In this document: piece by piece, positions 21,503-35,747 of the stretch
Layout: the number at the start of each line of letters is the position of its first letter
Position numbering within the stretch: the first letter of the stretch is position 1
Assembly (NCBI GenBank): GCA_028534125.1
Contig: CM052818.1
Coordinates: forward strand, 13,766,001-13,830,000
Reading direction: 5' to 3'
DNA length: 64,000 bases
Source: Lama glama
Lineage: Eukaryota
Made by a program: the position numbers and the translations under genes
Notes under the pieces: model-generated
Told to the model about the DNA's origin: nothing
The model's database searches: none
The model's input: the letters and a program-made list of their open reading frames with translations, nothing else

Positions 21503-23759
21503 GTAAGTATTCTTTTCTTTCTTCTTAGGCAACTTTTTTTTTTCTGAAAAATTACATACTGTGAATTTAGACACTTTATGTTTTAAGATCCGAATTTAAT
21601 TCTTTGGCCAGAAAAATTTAGGTAGTTTAAGAATTGGACCTTGAAAGGAATGATAATTTTAACATGCCCAGCCCATTTATCACAAACCAGGAATTATACC
21701 TGTTAAAATTGTGAAACTTTTATTTTTTATTTTGTAAATCAAGTATTGTCACTTACTGTATTCAGTGCTGAAATTCAAACCACATTGTGTCCTCCTTGAT
21801 AATTTGATAAGATGAGAGGGAGAATTAGAATAGTTTCCTAAGGGGGGGAAAGGCCTTTACTGTAAAGTTATGTGCATTTGGTGCAGAAATGTTTCTTATT
21901 AACCTTTGTGTCTAAAAATAAATGGCTCAAAATTTGAAACTGGTGAAGTAATAACAGATTTCAGAGGAGAGAATTTCAAAGAGCAGTTCTAATTGGTGAG
22001 GACTGTTGTAGCAAGTAATTAAAATGCATATGATAACTAAAGTCTAGGTGATTTATTTGTGAATTATTAGGTTAATATTTGGGGGATCATTTTACAGTAT
22101 TAGAGCTAGTTTTGAAATGCAGATGATTGAAATCTTGATGTCAATTAGATAATGATTTACTAGGCAAATCTTTGTCTTATGTTTATGATATTTGGTTTAT
22201 ATTAAGTAGAAAAGTGTTTGTGAAGTGGCAATTGAATATCGAAATCATATTGGTAGCTGAATCAGTGAAATAAAAACTCCATTTTTATCCATTATATGTA
22301 TTGTGGCATGCATACATTCTCAGCACATCAGTGTAGTGAGTATTACAGGTGTGCTCAAAATGTGTAGCCTTCTTTTGAATACAACCTCATTACAAGAGTA
22401 GTTTGGAACTTTCAAATTCAGGGCTTTCTTTTTATATATGTGGGAATTTAGTGCATTATTAATAAATAATTGTTAGCAGAGAATAAGTCTACTGTTAATA
22501 GACTAATAACATATAAATGATCAGTTTTATGTTTTTTGATATTAGGGTTTTTTTCAGATTTTTTTACCTGAAAGAAGGTATAAGTCAAATCCTTAAATTA
22601 CTGTTTTCTGTTAACTTCTCAGTCTGTGTACTCAGATACTTGTGGTCTGTATGCTTGGAGAGATTTGTATGCTGTTTTTCATATATGTGTTAATTAATCC
22701 TACAGGAAAATATTGTATTATACTACTACATATTTTCCAAAAGTGTTCATTTGTATAGGCACCCAAAGAAATATATGTTATCTAAATGTGGTATATATTT
22801 TAAAGAAAGTAAAAGGGAATTTGGATATTAATTATTTCTAGGGATAATTAATATATTTTTGGCAGCTCTTCTATGGAACTATTTTTAATCTTTGAAATAT
22901 CCCACTATTTCCTAACCAAAATGGTAGAATAATTAAACTGACTTCTATTTTAGGGAACACAGATGACAGGAAGGGTAGCCATTACAGTAGATACTCAGAA
23001 CTTGTTCCCCTATGTCTCTCTTCTTGTTTGTTTTTAGACAGAAAATTTTGAATTTGTATGCTGAACCCTAAAAAAAAGGTGTGTTCACAAAAATAGGAAA
23101 ATACTTTAGTTTTCCCCTTTAATGGTTTTAATTTGAATGATTCTTTTTCCAAAAAAAAAAAGATTTTTTTTTTAATTCTGAAGAGTTGTCTGTGGTGCTA
23201 AAAACAGGCACTTTTGCTTGTTTCCACTTTGGGTACAGTTTTATACTTAAAATAATATATATGTATATTTTGAAGTAATGGTGTCCCAAAATAGTGGTTA
23301 CCAGGTTGTTTTTTGGGGAGGACCAGCTCCATTCCAAACCTCAAATCTGCTTCTGTTTTCAGTTCCACCTCTCAGTTTCTTTAAAAGTTTTTTCAGTGTC
23401 CTATTTCTGTTGTGGATGACCTATATAAATTAAAGGAAAAGGAAATTTTTTAAAAAGTATGTTTTAATATTAAAAAAAATTTACTAAAATAAGATCAACA
23501 CAAATATATTTTAATTTATTACCTATTTATTTGCCTAATAGGGTAACAGTATAATTTTAAAAGCTTTATTTTGCTAATTTTGAAATCAAGATTTCTATTA
23601 AGCACTTTACTCAAATTAATGTTTGAGGTAAAGTACTCTATTAAATTGTCAGCTGAAACTGTACCCAGTAGGTTAACCTTAAAGTTAACATCAGTGTAAG
23701 TAATTTCTGGATTACATTTGGTTATAGAATTTGCAGGTGAGAATTCTTTGTAAATGCAA

Positions 23760-24950
23760 CTTTATGTGTTTTTCTTCATATTTCTTGTGTTTGGAGTTTA
23801 TTGAGCCTCTTGGATCTGTGGGTTTGTAGTTCAAATTTGGAAAAAAATTTTGGCCAATTTCTTTATATATTTCTTTTCATCCTTTCTTTTGGAAGTCCAG
23901 TTACATGTATTTCAGACTGCTTGATGTTCACTGATGTTCAATTTTTTCAGTCTTTTTTCTGTTTCATTTTGGATAATCTTGCTAAATTCATTAATCTTTT
24001 TTCTGTAATATTTAATCTGCTATTAATCCCATCCAGTGTATTTTTTATTTCAGATGTTGTAGTTCCATCTCTAGAAATTCAGTCTTTTTTTTATATCCTT
24101 CATGTCTATAGCTTTCATGCTGTTTTCTTCTCTAGATTCTTGAACATACAGACTACAATTATAACTGGCTTAATGTTCCTGTCTACTAATACCAGCTGTG
24201 TGATTTGATTGATTTTTCCTCATTATGAATTGTGTTTTCTTGCTTTTGCATGCGTGGTAATTTTTTACTAGATGCCAGACATTTGAAATTTTAGCTTGTT
24301 GGGTGCTGGATATTTTTGTATTCCATTAAAAATATTCTTGAGCTTTGTTCTGGAATGCAGTTAAATTACTTGGAAACAATTTGATCTTTTCAGATCTTGC
24401 TTTTAAGTTGTGCTAGGCAGTACTACTTTGCCTTTGTTGCACTGTTGAGGCAGAACCCTTCTGAGTACTTTGACTGGTGAGAACAGGAACTGGGTGGTGT
24501 TCCCTCTAATCCTTTTTGGTGGTTCTTTCACTGTCCATGGGTAGTATATACTGATAAGTACTCAGCTGAAGACTTGGGGTGTACCCTCTGCACGTCTCTG
24601 GAACTTTCTGTGTAGCTCTGTCTCAGGCACTCTGCCTTGTATATGACAGTCTTGCTGTCTCCAGACTAAGTTCTGTTTCAACTCAGGGAGACCACTGTGC
24701 TCTGCCTAGTTTCCCTATTCCTGTTCTGTGGCCTAGAAACTCTTTCAAGGCAATAAAGTGGGGCAGTTGTAGGACTCATCTTGTATGTTTCCCATCTATT
24801 AGGTCTATTAGGGATCTATTGTCCTTTGTTGCTGATGTCCATTGTTTTGAAAAATGCTTCATATGTTTCGTCTTTTTTCCCCCCAGTTTTTTCAAGCAGG
24901 AGGGTAAATTTGGTTCCTGTTATTCCGTCTTGGCCAGAAATGGAAATCTG
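23760..24950 (-). mobile_element. Old L1 5'/ORF1-region fragment, antisense
   Basis: T-rich antisense L1 sequence (ttgagcctcttggatctgtgggttt..tttaatctgctattaatcccatccagtgta); accounts for track ORFs 23801 and 24579. Confidence 0.7.
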
Positions 24951-26039
24951 TTTATATGCTTATAATTATATTTTTGCCCTGCCAGTCTTGTATTCCTGCT
25001 TTCAGATGTGACATAGAATTTTGTTACAGGATTCTTATGGTAGAATTATTATTTTTTTCACCTAAAGTGTTTATTAAGGGTAAGAATATTGATTAATTTA
25101 GTGACGGCCTAGAATCTGAAAGTAAAGAGCTGACTTCTTTATGCCATTTTACTGACTGCTGTATAATTTCAGAGTCTGTTCACTGATTTGGGATTCACTG
25201 TATGCAGGGATCAGTCCTGGGTTTCACTGAGTAACTCCTTGAATCAAAGAACCTCTGTAAGAGCTTGTGACATGGCATCCATCCTCTTTAACTAATGGGA
25301 AGGGGAAGCTATTTTAGAGATCTGGAATGATGGGCCAGCTCTTCTGCATGCTGCAGGGCATTTTCCTACTTCAACCAAATGAAGTCCTTTTTCCTCAGTG
25401 CTAGTTATCAGACATAGGGCTTGGTGACAGTGAAGTGGAAATAATCATTTTCCTGTTTGAGATTTTATGCAGTCCTGCAGCCAATTTAGAATATTACTTG
25501 CTGTGAATTTTTAAGGAATTTGTGACATTGTAGTTGATTTTGTAATCCTGTTCATATTACCAAAGCAGTTGAAAACATAGTATGTTAGGGTTTTAAGTAC
25601 CAAAAAAAATTTTAATAGTATCAGAGTAGTATTTGGAATTACTCTCTGTGATTCAGCCCCATTAGATAGCTATAGAGATCTGTACTTGAAATACCTAGTA
25701 ATTGTGAAATACTTGTTATGGTATTTCTTCTTTTAGAGTCTTGAATTTAAGGGACTTTAGAAGTCATCTACTCTGAAAATCATTTTTATATGACCCATGG
25801 TCATCCAACTTCTGCTAAAGTATTTCCTGAGAAGCAGCTTCATAAAGTGTACCTAAAGAAACCATTTAATAGAGGAAGTTGATAAATGTTCCTTAGTCCT
25901 GTCAGTGCTTAAGATTCAAAAGTAGATTGTGCTAACTTCATGACTATAATAGCTGTAAAATGATTACAAAATACATAAGCTGTCTTACCAAGTATGGCAT
26001 TGACTCTGAATTTTGGTATGGTCTTTGTTGCTTCTTTAA

Positions 26040-27495
26040 AAACACATTCATAATGTAGTCAGAGTTGCTGTCTACTAGTTTTGTGATTTACTTCCCAAAC
26101 ATTTCTCACATGTGTCTCTGAGTCTGGGATTAATGCAGTTGCCCCTGTCTGGTCTTCTTACGTTTGGCTTGCCCCTTTTCAAGTTGTCTTCTCATCTGTG
26201 ATCATATGAAACTCTCTAAAACAGATTTTATCATGTTACTCTTACCTTTAAAATGGTTCAATAAATTTCTTCTGCCTTCAGAGTAAACACATTACTTAAG
26301 TGTCTAGACTCCTTTGAGGTCTGGCTGCTGCCTGATTCTCTGTTTTCATCTTTGCATAGTACCAATCCTCAGAGCATAGCCAGAGATTGAGCAGATTTAC
26401 AGTTCCCTAAGACAAGCAGTGTTCTCATATGTCTCTGTGCCTTTCTACACACTCTTGCTTCCCTTAGAACACTCTTCTACTTCCTCTCTATTGCTTTCTT
26501 TAACTTCTGTGCCATTCCCTGGCTGACGCTGGGCTTAGTACTCCTCCTTGTGCTTCTCTAGGACCCTATATATAGAGAGTAAACCTTGATAGTAGCAGTT
26601 CCTGGTGTGATTGACCGTGCTGACTAACCTGTGAATTTCTTGATGCCAAGGACTGTATCTTTTATCTCTCTCTTCCTGACGTAGTGCTTGATATACAGTA
26701 GGTTCTTAATACACTTCTGTTGAGTGAATAATAGAGAGGCTGTGGGTAAAGTGTAATGAATTTGGGCTTTGAATGAGACAGACTTGATGTCACTTCTCAC
26801 ACCCACAGTGTGTGACCTTAAACAATTTACTTAGTATCTTCACATCTCAGTTTCTACATCTCTAAAATGGGAGATAATGTTTCCTTCCTGGAGTAGACAT
26901 AATCTCTACTAAGGCAGGGATAGTATCTATTTTCTGTTTTGTTGACCACTGTATCCCAGTGCTGGTTTTTGTCATTGTTATTATCCTGTGCTATACCATA
27001 CCAGCTTTTTATGTTGCCTCAAAGAAATCATGATCATTCATAGCTTGGTTTTGAATGATCTCTGTTGATCTCACCTCACTTTACTTCTCAATTTCCTCAT
27101 TTATAAACAGGATAAAATGAGAATGACACGGTTATTATGAGAATCAAATAAGATGATTTATGCACAATGCTTAGGATATAGCAAGTGCTCAATGAATGTT
27201 AGCGGTTGATATCTTTTATTTCTATTGTAATAATAATAATTTTCCCCTAGGCTGCCCTTCCCCTTTTTTTGCTTAGCAAATTCCTACTCATCCTTTAACA
27301 CCCTGTGAATTCCCTTGGCAGAGTTAATTAATCTCTCCCCTATGATCCCTTATCTACTTTACCAAATTGGTATAGTGCTGTGACTACTAGAGAGTTAGCA
27401 TTTAGAGGCTAGAGATTTTGTGTTATGTTATCACCAGTACCTAGCATAGATTTTGTACATCATAAGTTTTCAGTAAATGTCAAAGGAATGAATGA
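26040..27495 (+). mobile_element. Cluster of L2 3' fragments and MIRs
   Basis: L2-type ends (tagtgcttgatatacagtaggttcttaatacacttctgttgagtgaat; ggaatgaatgaa) and MIR cores (tgtgtgaccttaaacaatttactta..cagtttctacatctctaaaatggg; aatttcctcatttataaacaggata). Confidence 0.65.
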
Positions 27496-27718
27496 AGATG
27501 TTATATACTTTTATTAATTTTCAAAATTTTGAGGACATTCTCTATTTTAATGTTGTACAATTTAGTTTGTTTTACATTTTAATTTTTCTTGTATTTTCTC
27601 TGCGTCTCCTTATTTATTTTAATTACCTTTATTGGATTTTTCCCCCACCTCTGTTATATCTTGCTCAGGTGAGGTGGTAAGATGAACAAGTCATAGTCCA
27701 TGGTTTTATGTGGTTTTA

Positions 27719-27755
27719 TATGAGACTGATGCGCTGCCCACTGCGCTAAGAAGGC
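27719..27755 (-). pseudogene. Tailless retropseudogene of the 5' half of elongator tRNA-Met(CAT)
   Basis: Minus strand GCCTTCTTAGCGCAGTGGGCAGCGCATCAGTCTCATA (37 nt, ending one base after the CAT anticodon); perfect 14-bp flanking direct repeat TTTATGTGGTTTTA at 27705-27718 and 27757-27770. Confidence 0.9.
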
Positions 27756-27849
27756 GTTTATGTGGTTTTAGAATACACATCGTACCTTCAGTTTGGTTTC
27801 CAGTAACTTTCCTGATGATGTTCAACATATTGAGATTTTTGTTCATAGC

Positions 27850-28310
27850 CTTACAATTAAAATTCAAGTTAAGAATTTGTGGAATTTAGAATTCATAAGC
27901 TCAAAGTTTTGTATCAGAAGTGGTGGGACCCAACCTCCAGTCCCCATCCCTGACTCTGACACCACAAAGAGGTCTTCTGTGCATTCCTGTGGACATCTTG
28001 CATGCATGCCCGAGTCCAAGCTCTTGTACTCCCTCCTCCAAACTGCTGCTCCTTGACCCAAGGTTGTACATGCCTCTAGCAAGGTCCACCCTTAGGAGAG
28101 ATCTAGGAAAGAGGCCGGTGCAGGTCCTGAAATTGGATTAGAGTTATTTGAACAAGAAATTCCAGAGTTCCAGATAAATGGAGTGTCATCAAGGAGAAGG
28201 AGTATATGGGTACATCCTCTTGTTTCTGTGGACTTCTTGTCCAGAGGTGAGGGGCATGTCCTGAAGAGGGCCACAATGGGACTCAGGGCAGAGATCACTT
28301 TTGCCAAGAT
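27850..28310. mobile_element. Probable ancient interspersed repeat (MamTip/hAT-Tip100-like)
   Basis: GC-elevated block whose minus strand (cttggac..atgtccacaggaatgcacag..gaattctaaattc) loosely resembles recalled MamTip sequence; no recognisable protein in its ORFs. Confidence 0.35.
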
Positions 28311-28891
28311 CTAAATACAGTACTTAGTGAGAAGGATGAAGGGATGGTGCATTCAAAAGATCAGTTCATTTATTTAATCGTTTCTGAGTGCTTATTCTGT
28401 GACAAAGTCTATATGACAAACTATCTGGTAGGTGCTGTGGATGTGATGTTAAATAAGGTATGGTCTTTGTCCACTACTAAGAGGGACAAGCATGTAAACA
28501 AATTGCAGTGTGACATATGTGCTGAATAGTGGAATTATGTTCTTGGTACAGTGTTGGCACAGAGAGAGGTTATTATTTATAAGGAGGAAAGGTTTCTTGA
28601 AGAGGGAATGCTTGAATTGGGACATAAAAGTTGAGTAGGAGCAACTGGGTGAATAGGAGTCATAAATAGTGGGAGTAGGAGGAAGGACATTTTAAAGAGA
28701 GAAAATATCATGAAAAGAAGTTTGAAAATGTGAATTAAAATGGTGGAATCAGGTAACAGTATGTTATTTTGTACGGCTAAAACAGAGATTGTATGCTTCT
28801 TGTACATGGTAAATGAATTTGAAGAGTTGGAGAGTGGGAAGCTGTCCTTAAGACAGCACGTTAAGAAGATTGAGTTTTTCCTGTAAAGAGG

Positions 28892-29332
28892 TGTATTATT
28901 TCAGGTTCTCTCCAGAGAACGGAACCAACAGGGTGTGAGTGTGTGTGTGTGTTTGTGTGTGTGTGTGTATGTGTATATATTTAGAGAGAGGGAGGGAGGC
29001 AGGTATATATTTATTTTAAAGATCTGGCTCAGATTGTGGAGGCTTGGTTAGTCCAAAATCTGATGGGGTAGGCCTACATGAACTGAGGGAAGAACTGCAT
29101 TGTGTTCAAGGCAATTTTCTAGCAGAAAGTCAGTCTTTGTTTCATTAAGGCCTTCAGATGATTGAATGAGGCCCATCCACATTATGGAGGGCAATCTGCT
29201 CTATTCAAAGTCTGTTGATTTAAATGTTAATCTTGTCCAGAAAACAACTTCATAGAACATCCAGAATAATAATTGACCAAATATCTGGGCACCGTGGTCT
29301 AGCCAAGTAAACACATAAAATTAACCATTACA
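28892..29332 (-). mobile_element. MLT2-family ERVL solo LTR with an internal (GT)n
   Basis: TG..CA ends; ggttctctccagagaacggaaccaacagg..gattgaatgaggcccatccacattatggagggcaatctgct..acacataaaattaaccattaca. Confidence 0.85.
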
Positions 29333-30898
29333 ATTAGTGTTTCTTAAACTGGGTCCACAGGTATTCTTGGGGGTCTTTAGGACTTCTAATTTTTGTGTTT
29401 TCATTTCAGTAATCTAAATTATATTTCAAGAGATAATAATAACAAAATTCTTTTGCAGTGAAAATTCACAATTGAAAGATTTTTTTTCATAGACTAAAAC
29501 TAGTTTATTAAGCCACTTTTTCAAATAGGGGCCTTGGACTCTTATGATGTCTATCGACAGATACTCACAGATTCCAGATAATTTTGTTTCTTTAAAAGAT
29601 TTCACTCACTACTTTACCCCAGCTTGAAAAACAGTACTATAGGCTACAGAATATTGAAGGAATTGAAACAGATAGCATTTGCGTTTTAGAAGGACTGATG
29701 TTGGTGCTTATGAAAGCCAGAACAGAGAGAGAAACTGCACAGATGTAGAAATGATAAGGAAGAGAGAGAATGCTGAAGTTATTGGACTTGGTTACCAGTT
29801 TGGTATGGAGAATGAGCGTGGGATGTGTCTAGGATGATTATCAAGTTTTTTACTTGAGTGAAGAATGGTTGTAGTGCCTTTGTAAGTAAAGCATTACAGG
29901 AGGATGAAAAGTTGAGGGGAGGGGAAGTGTAGAAAGTGATTTTGAGTTTATTTTGGAATGTCTGGTTAACAATGAGAAATATCTTGTGAGCAGGTGATAT
30001 ACATAGGTCTGGTGCTTAGGAGAAAGGTCTAGAATAGAGATATGAGATATAGAGATGTAGAGATATGAGAATTAGCTTTTAAGTTTGTAATAGAAACTAA
30101 GGACTATGGGTGTCAGAAAAAAAAATATATAAGAGAGCCAATGACATATCCTAGGGAACAGGAACATTAAAAGGCTGGAGGTTTGAGGAAAGTAGAAAAT
30201 TTCACAAGGCTGCTGGGAGGAAATCACAAAGAGACTCAGTTAAAGATGAATACAAGTATTGTCATGCAGGGTTGATGGCTTACTTGAGATTTGGAAACCA
30301 CACATTTGTAGTGAAGCCAATCAGCATGGTAGAGCAACTTACACAGTAATGCTTAGCGCTCAGAAATTGACAAAAGGCCAGTGGAGTTTATGCATAACTG
30401 AGGATTGACAGGTAGATGTGGGCGAGAATATTTTCAGGTGAGTAGTTAAAATGAATAGAGTGTGAGCATTAAAGTGAGGAGTGTCATCAGCTGCAGGCCA
30501 ATAGAGTTAGACTTTGCAATAAGGGTGAAGGAAGGTGGGTTTAGAAGGAGTGAGACAGAGTGGTGTAGGATGTTGATGTCAGAGGGGACTTTCAGAATTT
30601 GAGATTTTGGAGGTTGTGTCTCTGAATGGTGATCTAGGGCCAAAGTTAGACCATGGTACTGGGTGGATAAAATGGACTAGAGTGAATAAAGTTGAGAAGG
30701 AACTTATTTCCTTATTTTTGAAGCTATGATCTCTTGATTACCACTAGAGATAGGCATTAGTATTTTGAATTAAAATAGAAAGCTGCATAATAAAGACTGG
30801 TAATTGAAACTTTGATTACAATAATCCTTGTATTAAAAATTAAACTTTGTGGAACATCTCAGTAGTTTTTCTGGGAAATTTTTAAATGATGTATTCTT

Positions 30899-31070
30899 TC
30901 TTCTTTTTTTTTTTTAGAGTTAAAATTTTTTTTTTATTTAGTCGGGGGAGGTAATTAGGTTTATTTATTTACTTTTTTTTTTTTTAATGGAAGTACTGGG
31001 GATTGAACCCAGGACCTTGAGCATGCTAAGCATGCACTCTACCACTGAGCTATACCTCACCCACCCCCCC
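30899..31070 (-). mobile_element. Vic-1-like camelid tRNA-derived SINE
   Basis: Minus strand ggtatagctcagtggtagagtgcatgcttagcatgctcaaggtcctgggttcaatccccagtacttcc..taattacctccccc with A-tail; shared flank tgtattctt at 30890-30898 and 31077-31085. Confidence 0.85.
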
Positions 31071-34000
31071 AATTGGTGTATTCTTAATGTGACTTACTTT
31101 CCTAGTGAAGGCTAGAAAAATTTTTTTTTGAACTTCACATTATCATTGACAACATGACTATACCTTTTCCCTTGAGTGGTGAAGGACCAAGGATGATGAT
31201 TTAGTTTTAGGTGCTGGGTCCTAGTTGATTAAGACCTGGATTTTTACCAAGTTGTGGAGGATGAGAAGTTGTGGAGAAAAACCAATGGAGGCAATACTCC
31301 AAACTATTTTTTCCAAGACTGGTTAAAAAAGGGTGAACCATAGTAAAATCCTAGTTAATCTGAATATTCAGGGAAAGTGGAGTGTTGACTTTACTCATAA
31401 TTGAAGGTTAACCTAATTTTCTCCATTTCTTTGTTTAAAATTTTTGCAAATGAATTAAACTGTATTTCTATCTTTGTAAATAGAATATACATGTGATGAT
31501 TCAGAATCTTGTAGTATCTCATTTTAAACTTAAGCTTTTGTGTTAAGTATTGAATGTATATAACTGACTAAGATGAATCTATTAGTGAATAGTGAATCAT
31601 CCCAGCCATGTATTTGTATTTGAAAACAAATCTCTGGTTACTAGCTTCTTCCTTCCTTTCCTTCTTTCCTTCCTTCTCTCCCTTCTTCCTTCCTTCCTTC
31701 TGAATTTTATATGTTTCTTTTCAGTGTGTGCTAGTGGGTGTACATTAGAGAACCCTACTGTTCAGAAGTTATAAGTTTAGAAGTTAGTTAGAAGTTTGGT
31801 TTGGCCTCTAAAATGATGGATAGTTAGGGAAACCTAAATAGGGAGGAAACTATATTTGATTATACCTTGAATTACTGAACTTGGGTAGCCATTGATGAGG
31901 GGAGGAGGGTGTTTTAAGCTAGGGAAGCAGCTTGAGGAAAAAGTATATTATGTATATGTATTATCTGGAAGATGGTGAGGGCACTAGTCTTAGTAGAGGA
32001 TCCAAGCTGGGGAGTAGTCGAATATAAAATTGCATAGCCAGAGTAGGCCAGATTATGGAAAACCTAAAAATTAACTAGTATAATTTAGGCTGTATATGGC
32101 AGGCATTGGAGAGCCATTTAAAATTCCTTATTGGCAGATTAAATGTATTATTTTAGGAACATTAGTTTGCAGAATAGAAATTCATTTGTTCATTCAGTAT
32201 TTATTGAGCATTTACTGCTTATAGTATTGTAAGTACCGAGAATACATCATTGGCTCAATGGAATTTAACACTGTATTAGTGCTTGAGGAACAGGTAAAGA
32301 AGATAGATGGGTAGTGATGGATGTCATTTATATTTTTGTTGGTAAGTTCGTAGGTCAATGTGGGCTGTATGATTGAAGAGGGAGCAAGTTCAAGAACTAT
32401 TGCAAAAGAATTGATGGAATTCTAAATACAGTGTGTGAAAAGGAAGAATGAAAGATGATGCCAGTGTTAAAGCTGAACAAACTGTATTTAAAATTATGTA
32501 TTTATAGGACAAATGATATGAAGTTTGGATACTTAGTTTTGCAAGAGGAGATAAGGATATTTAGTTTCTTTTTATTTTTCCTAATTTCCAGCTAAAAACA
32601 TTTAAATGTATAAGGTAGCCATGTATTTTTGACAGTGATGCCTAATTTTGTATTAGAAACATTTAAATTCCTATATATGTGTGTTGTTTAAATTCTTGTT
32701 ACTATTAGTACATATTTCAGTTTTGAATTTATGTAGTAAAATAGTTTTAGTATGTGTTATTACAGTTCTTTTGGGCTGCTGGAATGCTTAAAGTCTACAT
32801 TTACAGGATATAGCTTACCTGGGAGATTTAACAATTACCTGAAAATTAAGTTGCATTTTAACTATTTGTTAGAGTTTAGCCATCTTTATAGCAGATTTTT
32901 TTTAATGGCATACTTCTGTTCATTGTAAGAATTTAGAATTTTGTCTATGCTAATAGAGGTCAAAGTAGTGTTTCAGAGTTTCTGTAGAGCTGTGCTCAAA
33001 TTTTTCTGAATATTCATGTAATTACTCTTGTATTACATATTATTCTGAAGATATAGGTTGTTACTGAGTTATTTATTCTGGTCATCTTTGCACGGTTCTC
33101 CAGAGGTTTTTTTGTTTTTAATTCTATTTAAAAAATTAAATTCTAAATTCTTAAATTTCTGGAGAAATTAAGTTCATTATTTATTGAGTATTGCACATTT
33201 TTTTTGAACATCACATTATTCATCTTTGTTGTTCCCACCCACTTTTAAAATATTCTAAAATCTTACTCATTTGTTCCTGTCTTTTAAAAACTAGTGACCC
33301 ACTTTATTAAATTGGCGATCCCCAAAACAGTTTATTCCCCTTGGGCCATTTGTAGGCCATATTGCAAACTTCTTTAACTTGTCTATTAATAATTCTTTAT
33401 CTCCCTGTTTGTGTGCCTTTCCTCTAACTTGGTATTCAGTTTATCATATCTTTTTCAATAGTACACTTGTTCTGTGTGTGGCTGTTTTTTCTCTTCTATT
33501 TTACTTTTTATTGTATTTCTTTCATTTCTGAGAGTCCTTTGCAGTGCATTTTAAATAGGCATCTATTATTTTGCCTTGAATTGGTGGGCTTACAATGGAG
33601 TTAGCTTATGATCCTTTTGGAGCACTTTTATGGTATATAGTCAAATGGGCAAATTAAACCAGCAGTTTGATAATCTTATTCTGCTTTTAATAGAATTCAT
33701 ATTCTTAGAGTTATCCTTAGAGTTATGGGGACTATTTTTTAATATTAGAGAAACTGATGATGAAAAAGTATTTTCTTATCAAATTTTAAAACTTCTTACT
33801 TGAGGTAAGTTTCTATGGCTGTGTATTTTAGTTAATTAATTAGAAGAGATTATACTTTGGAAAATACTTTAAGTTTTTCCTCATTTTAGGGGGCTTTATT
33901 TCTTCTTGGAAATGACAGTGATACCAGTCACTGATAATTAATCAAGTGAACTATTTAAATTACTCTAGGAGGGTTTATGGACTTCATGTTAAGGATCTTT

Positions 34001-34389
34001 CTTTACTCCAGTGAACTGATAGTGTGGGAGTGAAAGCTATAATAGTTAAGTCTGTTCCTTGATCAAGGAAAATATCTAATTACACATCAGGTTAGTTTGA
34101 GATTTCTTGAGTCTTTAGGACTGACTGGATCTGGAGCAAATACTACACTAGAATACTGATTAAAACAAATCCCTGAGACCCTGTCTTAAGGCTTATGGAC
34201 AGTGGGTGAAGGGTTCCATCACAGATCAGCAATGACCATTGGTGCTGTAAATAATTTTTGTTTTGGTTGCTATCTATGTGGTTGACCCCTGAATAAATGA
34301 AGATTCTGTTACTTCATGAAGGCACTGATTAGCATATTACTAAGTCCTCAGATTTCCATATAAAGAACAGGAATTGATTGGCCTAATGC

Positions 34390-35747
34390 TATTGTTCTCA
34401 AAATGAAATCAACATACACCTGGGGGGGTCTAGTTGTCAAGTCAAAATTATTTTCATATTAATATTAAGATGCCATCTGCCTTTTTACCTGCGTTGCAAA
34501 AGCACTAATGGTACAAAAGCAAAAGTAAGTAAAACTGCCAACACTCTAGCATGAATCAAGAAGTAGTACCAAGTTGTACTGGTGGTAGTTGTGTTATTCA
34601 TACTGTGTGCTTGCGGTTAAAGAGAAATCCAGCTTCATTTTAAAATGTCCTTGATAAAGCAGTAAAAGTTGTTTTACTGAGTCTTGACCTTTTGAGTACA
34701 CGTCTTTTTTAACATTCTGTAGGACAAAATGGGACATATGCATTAAACACTCCTGTTGCATAATGAGGTATGATGATTATCTCAAGGAAGAGTACTCATG
34801 ATTTTTTGAGTTGCAAGCCAAACAAGTCTTCATTTTGTGGAACACTATGTTTGCTTGAAAGAACAACTTATAGACAAACTATCGTTATTCAGGCTTGAGT
34901 ATTAGGCAGACACTTTCTAAAAAATGAACAAAGTGAGCCTGTCATTTCAAGAAAAATAGTTGATACCATGTGTTGTCAGTGATAAAACTGAGTTATAGAA
35001 ACCGTGAACTTGGTAGCTTCTCAATATTTAAAGACTTCTTTGATGAAATTAAAGGTGATATTAATCACGATTTTTCTATATTGAATAATAAAATGTGCAG
35101 TATTTGGAAAATTCATATAACTCAATGAACCAGAAGTTTCAAAGTGACCAGTGCATGATAAGAAATTATGCATCTGTAAAAGATCCGTTCAACATGTCAG
35201 GTAAACCAGTGGATTTTAATGTATAACAGTAAGAGAAGTTCATTGATAGGGCTTCAGATTCCACATTTCATCCTATGCTATAAAAAGTACCACCTTACTG
35301 AATTTTGGTAGTATCAAAAAAGATTATCAATAAGTATCTGAAAAGTCTGTTAAAGTACTCTTTTTCTAATTGCATATTTGTGTGAGGTTGCTTTTTTTCA
35401 TGTACTTAGAGCAAAATAATGTATCACAGCACATTGTAGAAGCAGATTTCAGAATTTAGATATCTTCTATTAAGCCAAACGTTAAAGAGATTTGAGATTT
35501 ACAAAGTTGTAAAAGAATGTCACTCCCCACTAAAATTTTTCTGTTTTTGGTATCATAAGAATGCTCTTTTTTAACATACAGTGAGTTTGTTATTTTTAGA
35601 TTAATAAATTATTTTTAATTCTCAATTTTAATTGCTAATATAGTAAATATAAATAGATAAACTCACATAAATAAAAGCTCTTTAGAGTTCTCAATAATTT
35701 TTAAGAGTAAAAAGAGATCTTCAGACCAAAAAGTTAGAAAACTGCTA
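34390..35747. mobile_element. Charlie1a-like hAT DNA transposon
   Basis: gtcaaaattattttcatattaatattaaga..gcactaatggtacaaaagcaa..agcatgaatcaag..cacataaataaaagctcttt..gaccaaaaagttagaaaactgc; about 1.36 kb, consistent with Charlie1a. Confidence 0.82.

Noticed and set aside
27719..27755. Functional tRNA-Met gene
   Set aside because: Lacks the 3' anticodon stem, T-arm/B-box and 3' acceptor strand
27793..28307. Five overlapping ORFs suggesting a small gene or pseudogene
   Set aside because: No recognisable protein, splice structure or poly(A)/TSD; more consistent with an ancient repeat
31000..31060. tRNA-like sequence with A and B boxes
   Set aside because: It is the head of a SINE with a tail and TSD, not a tRNA gene
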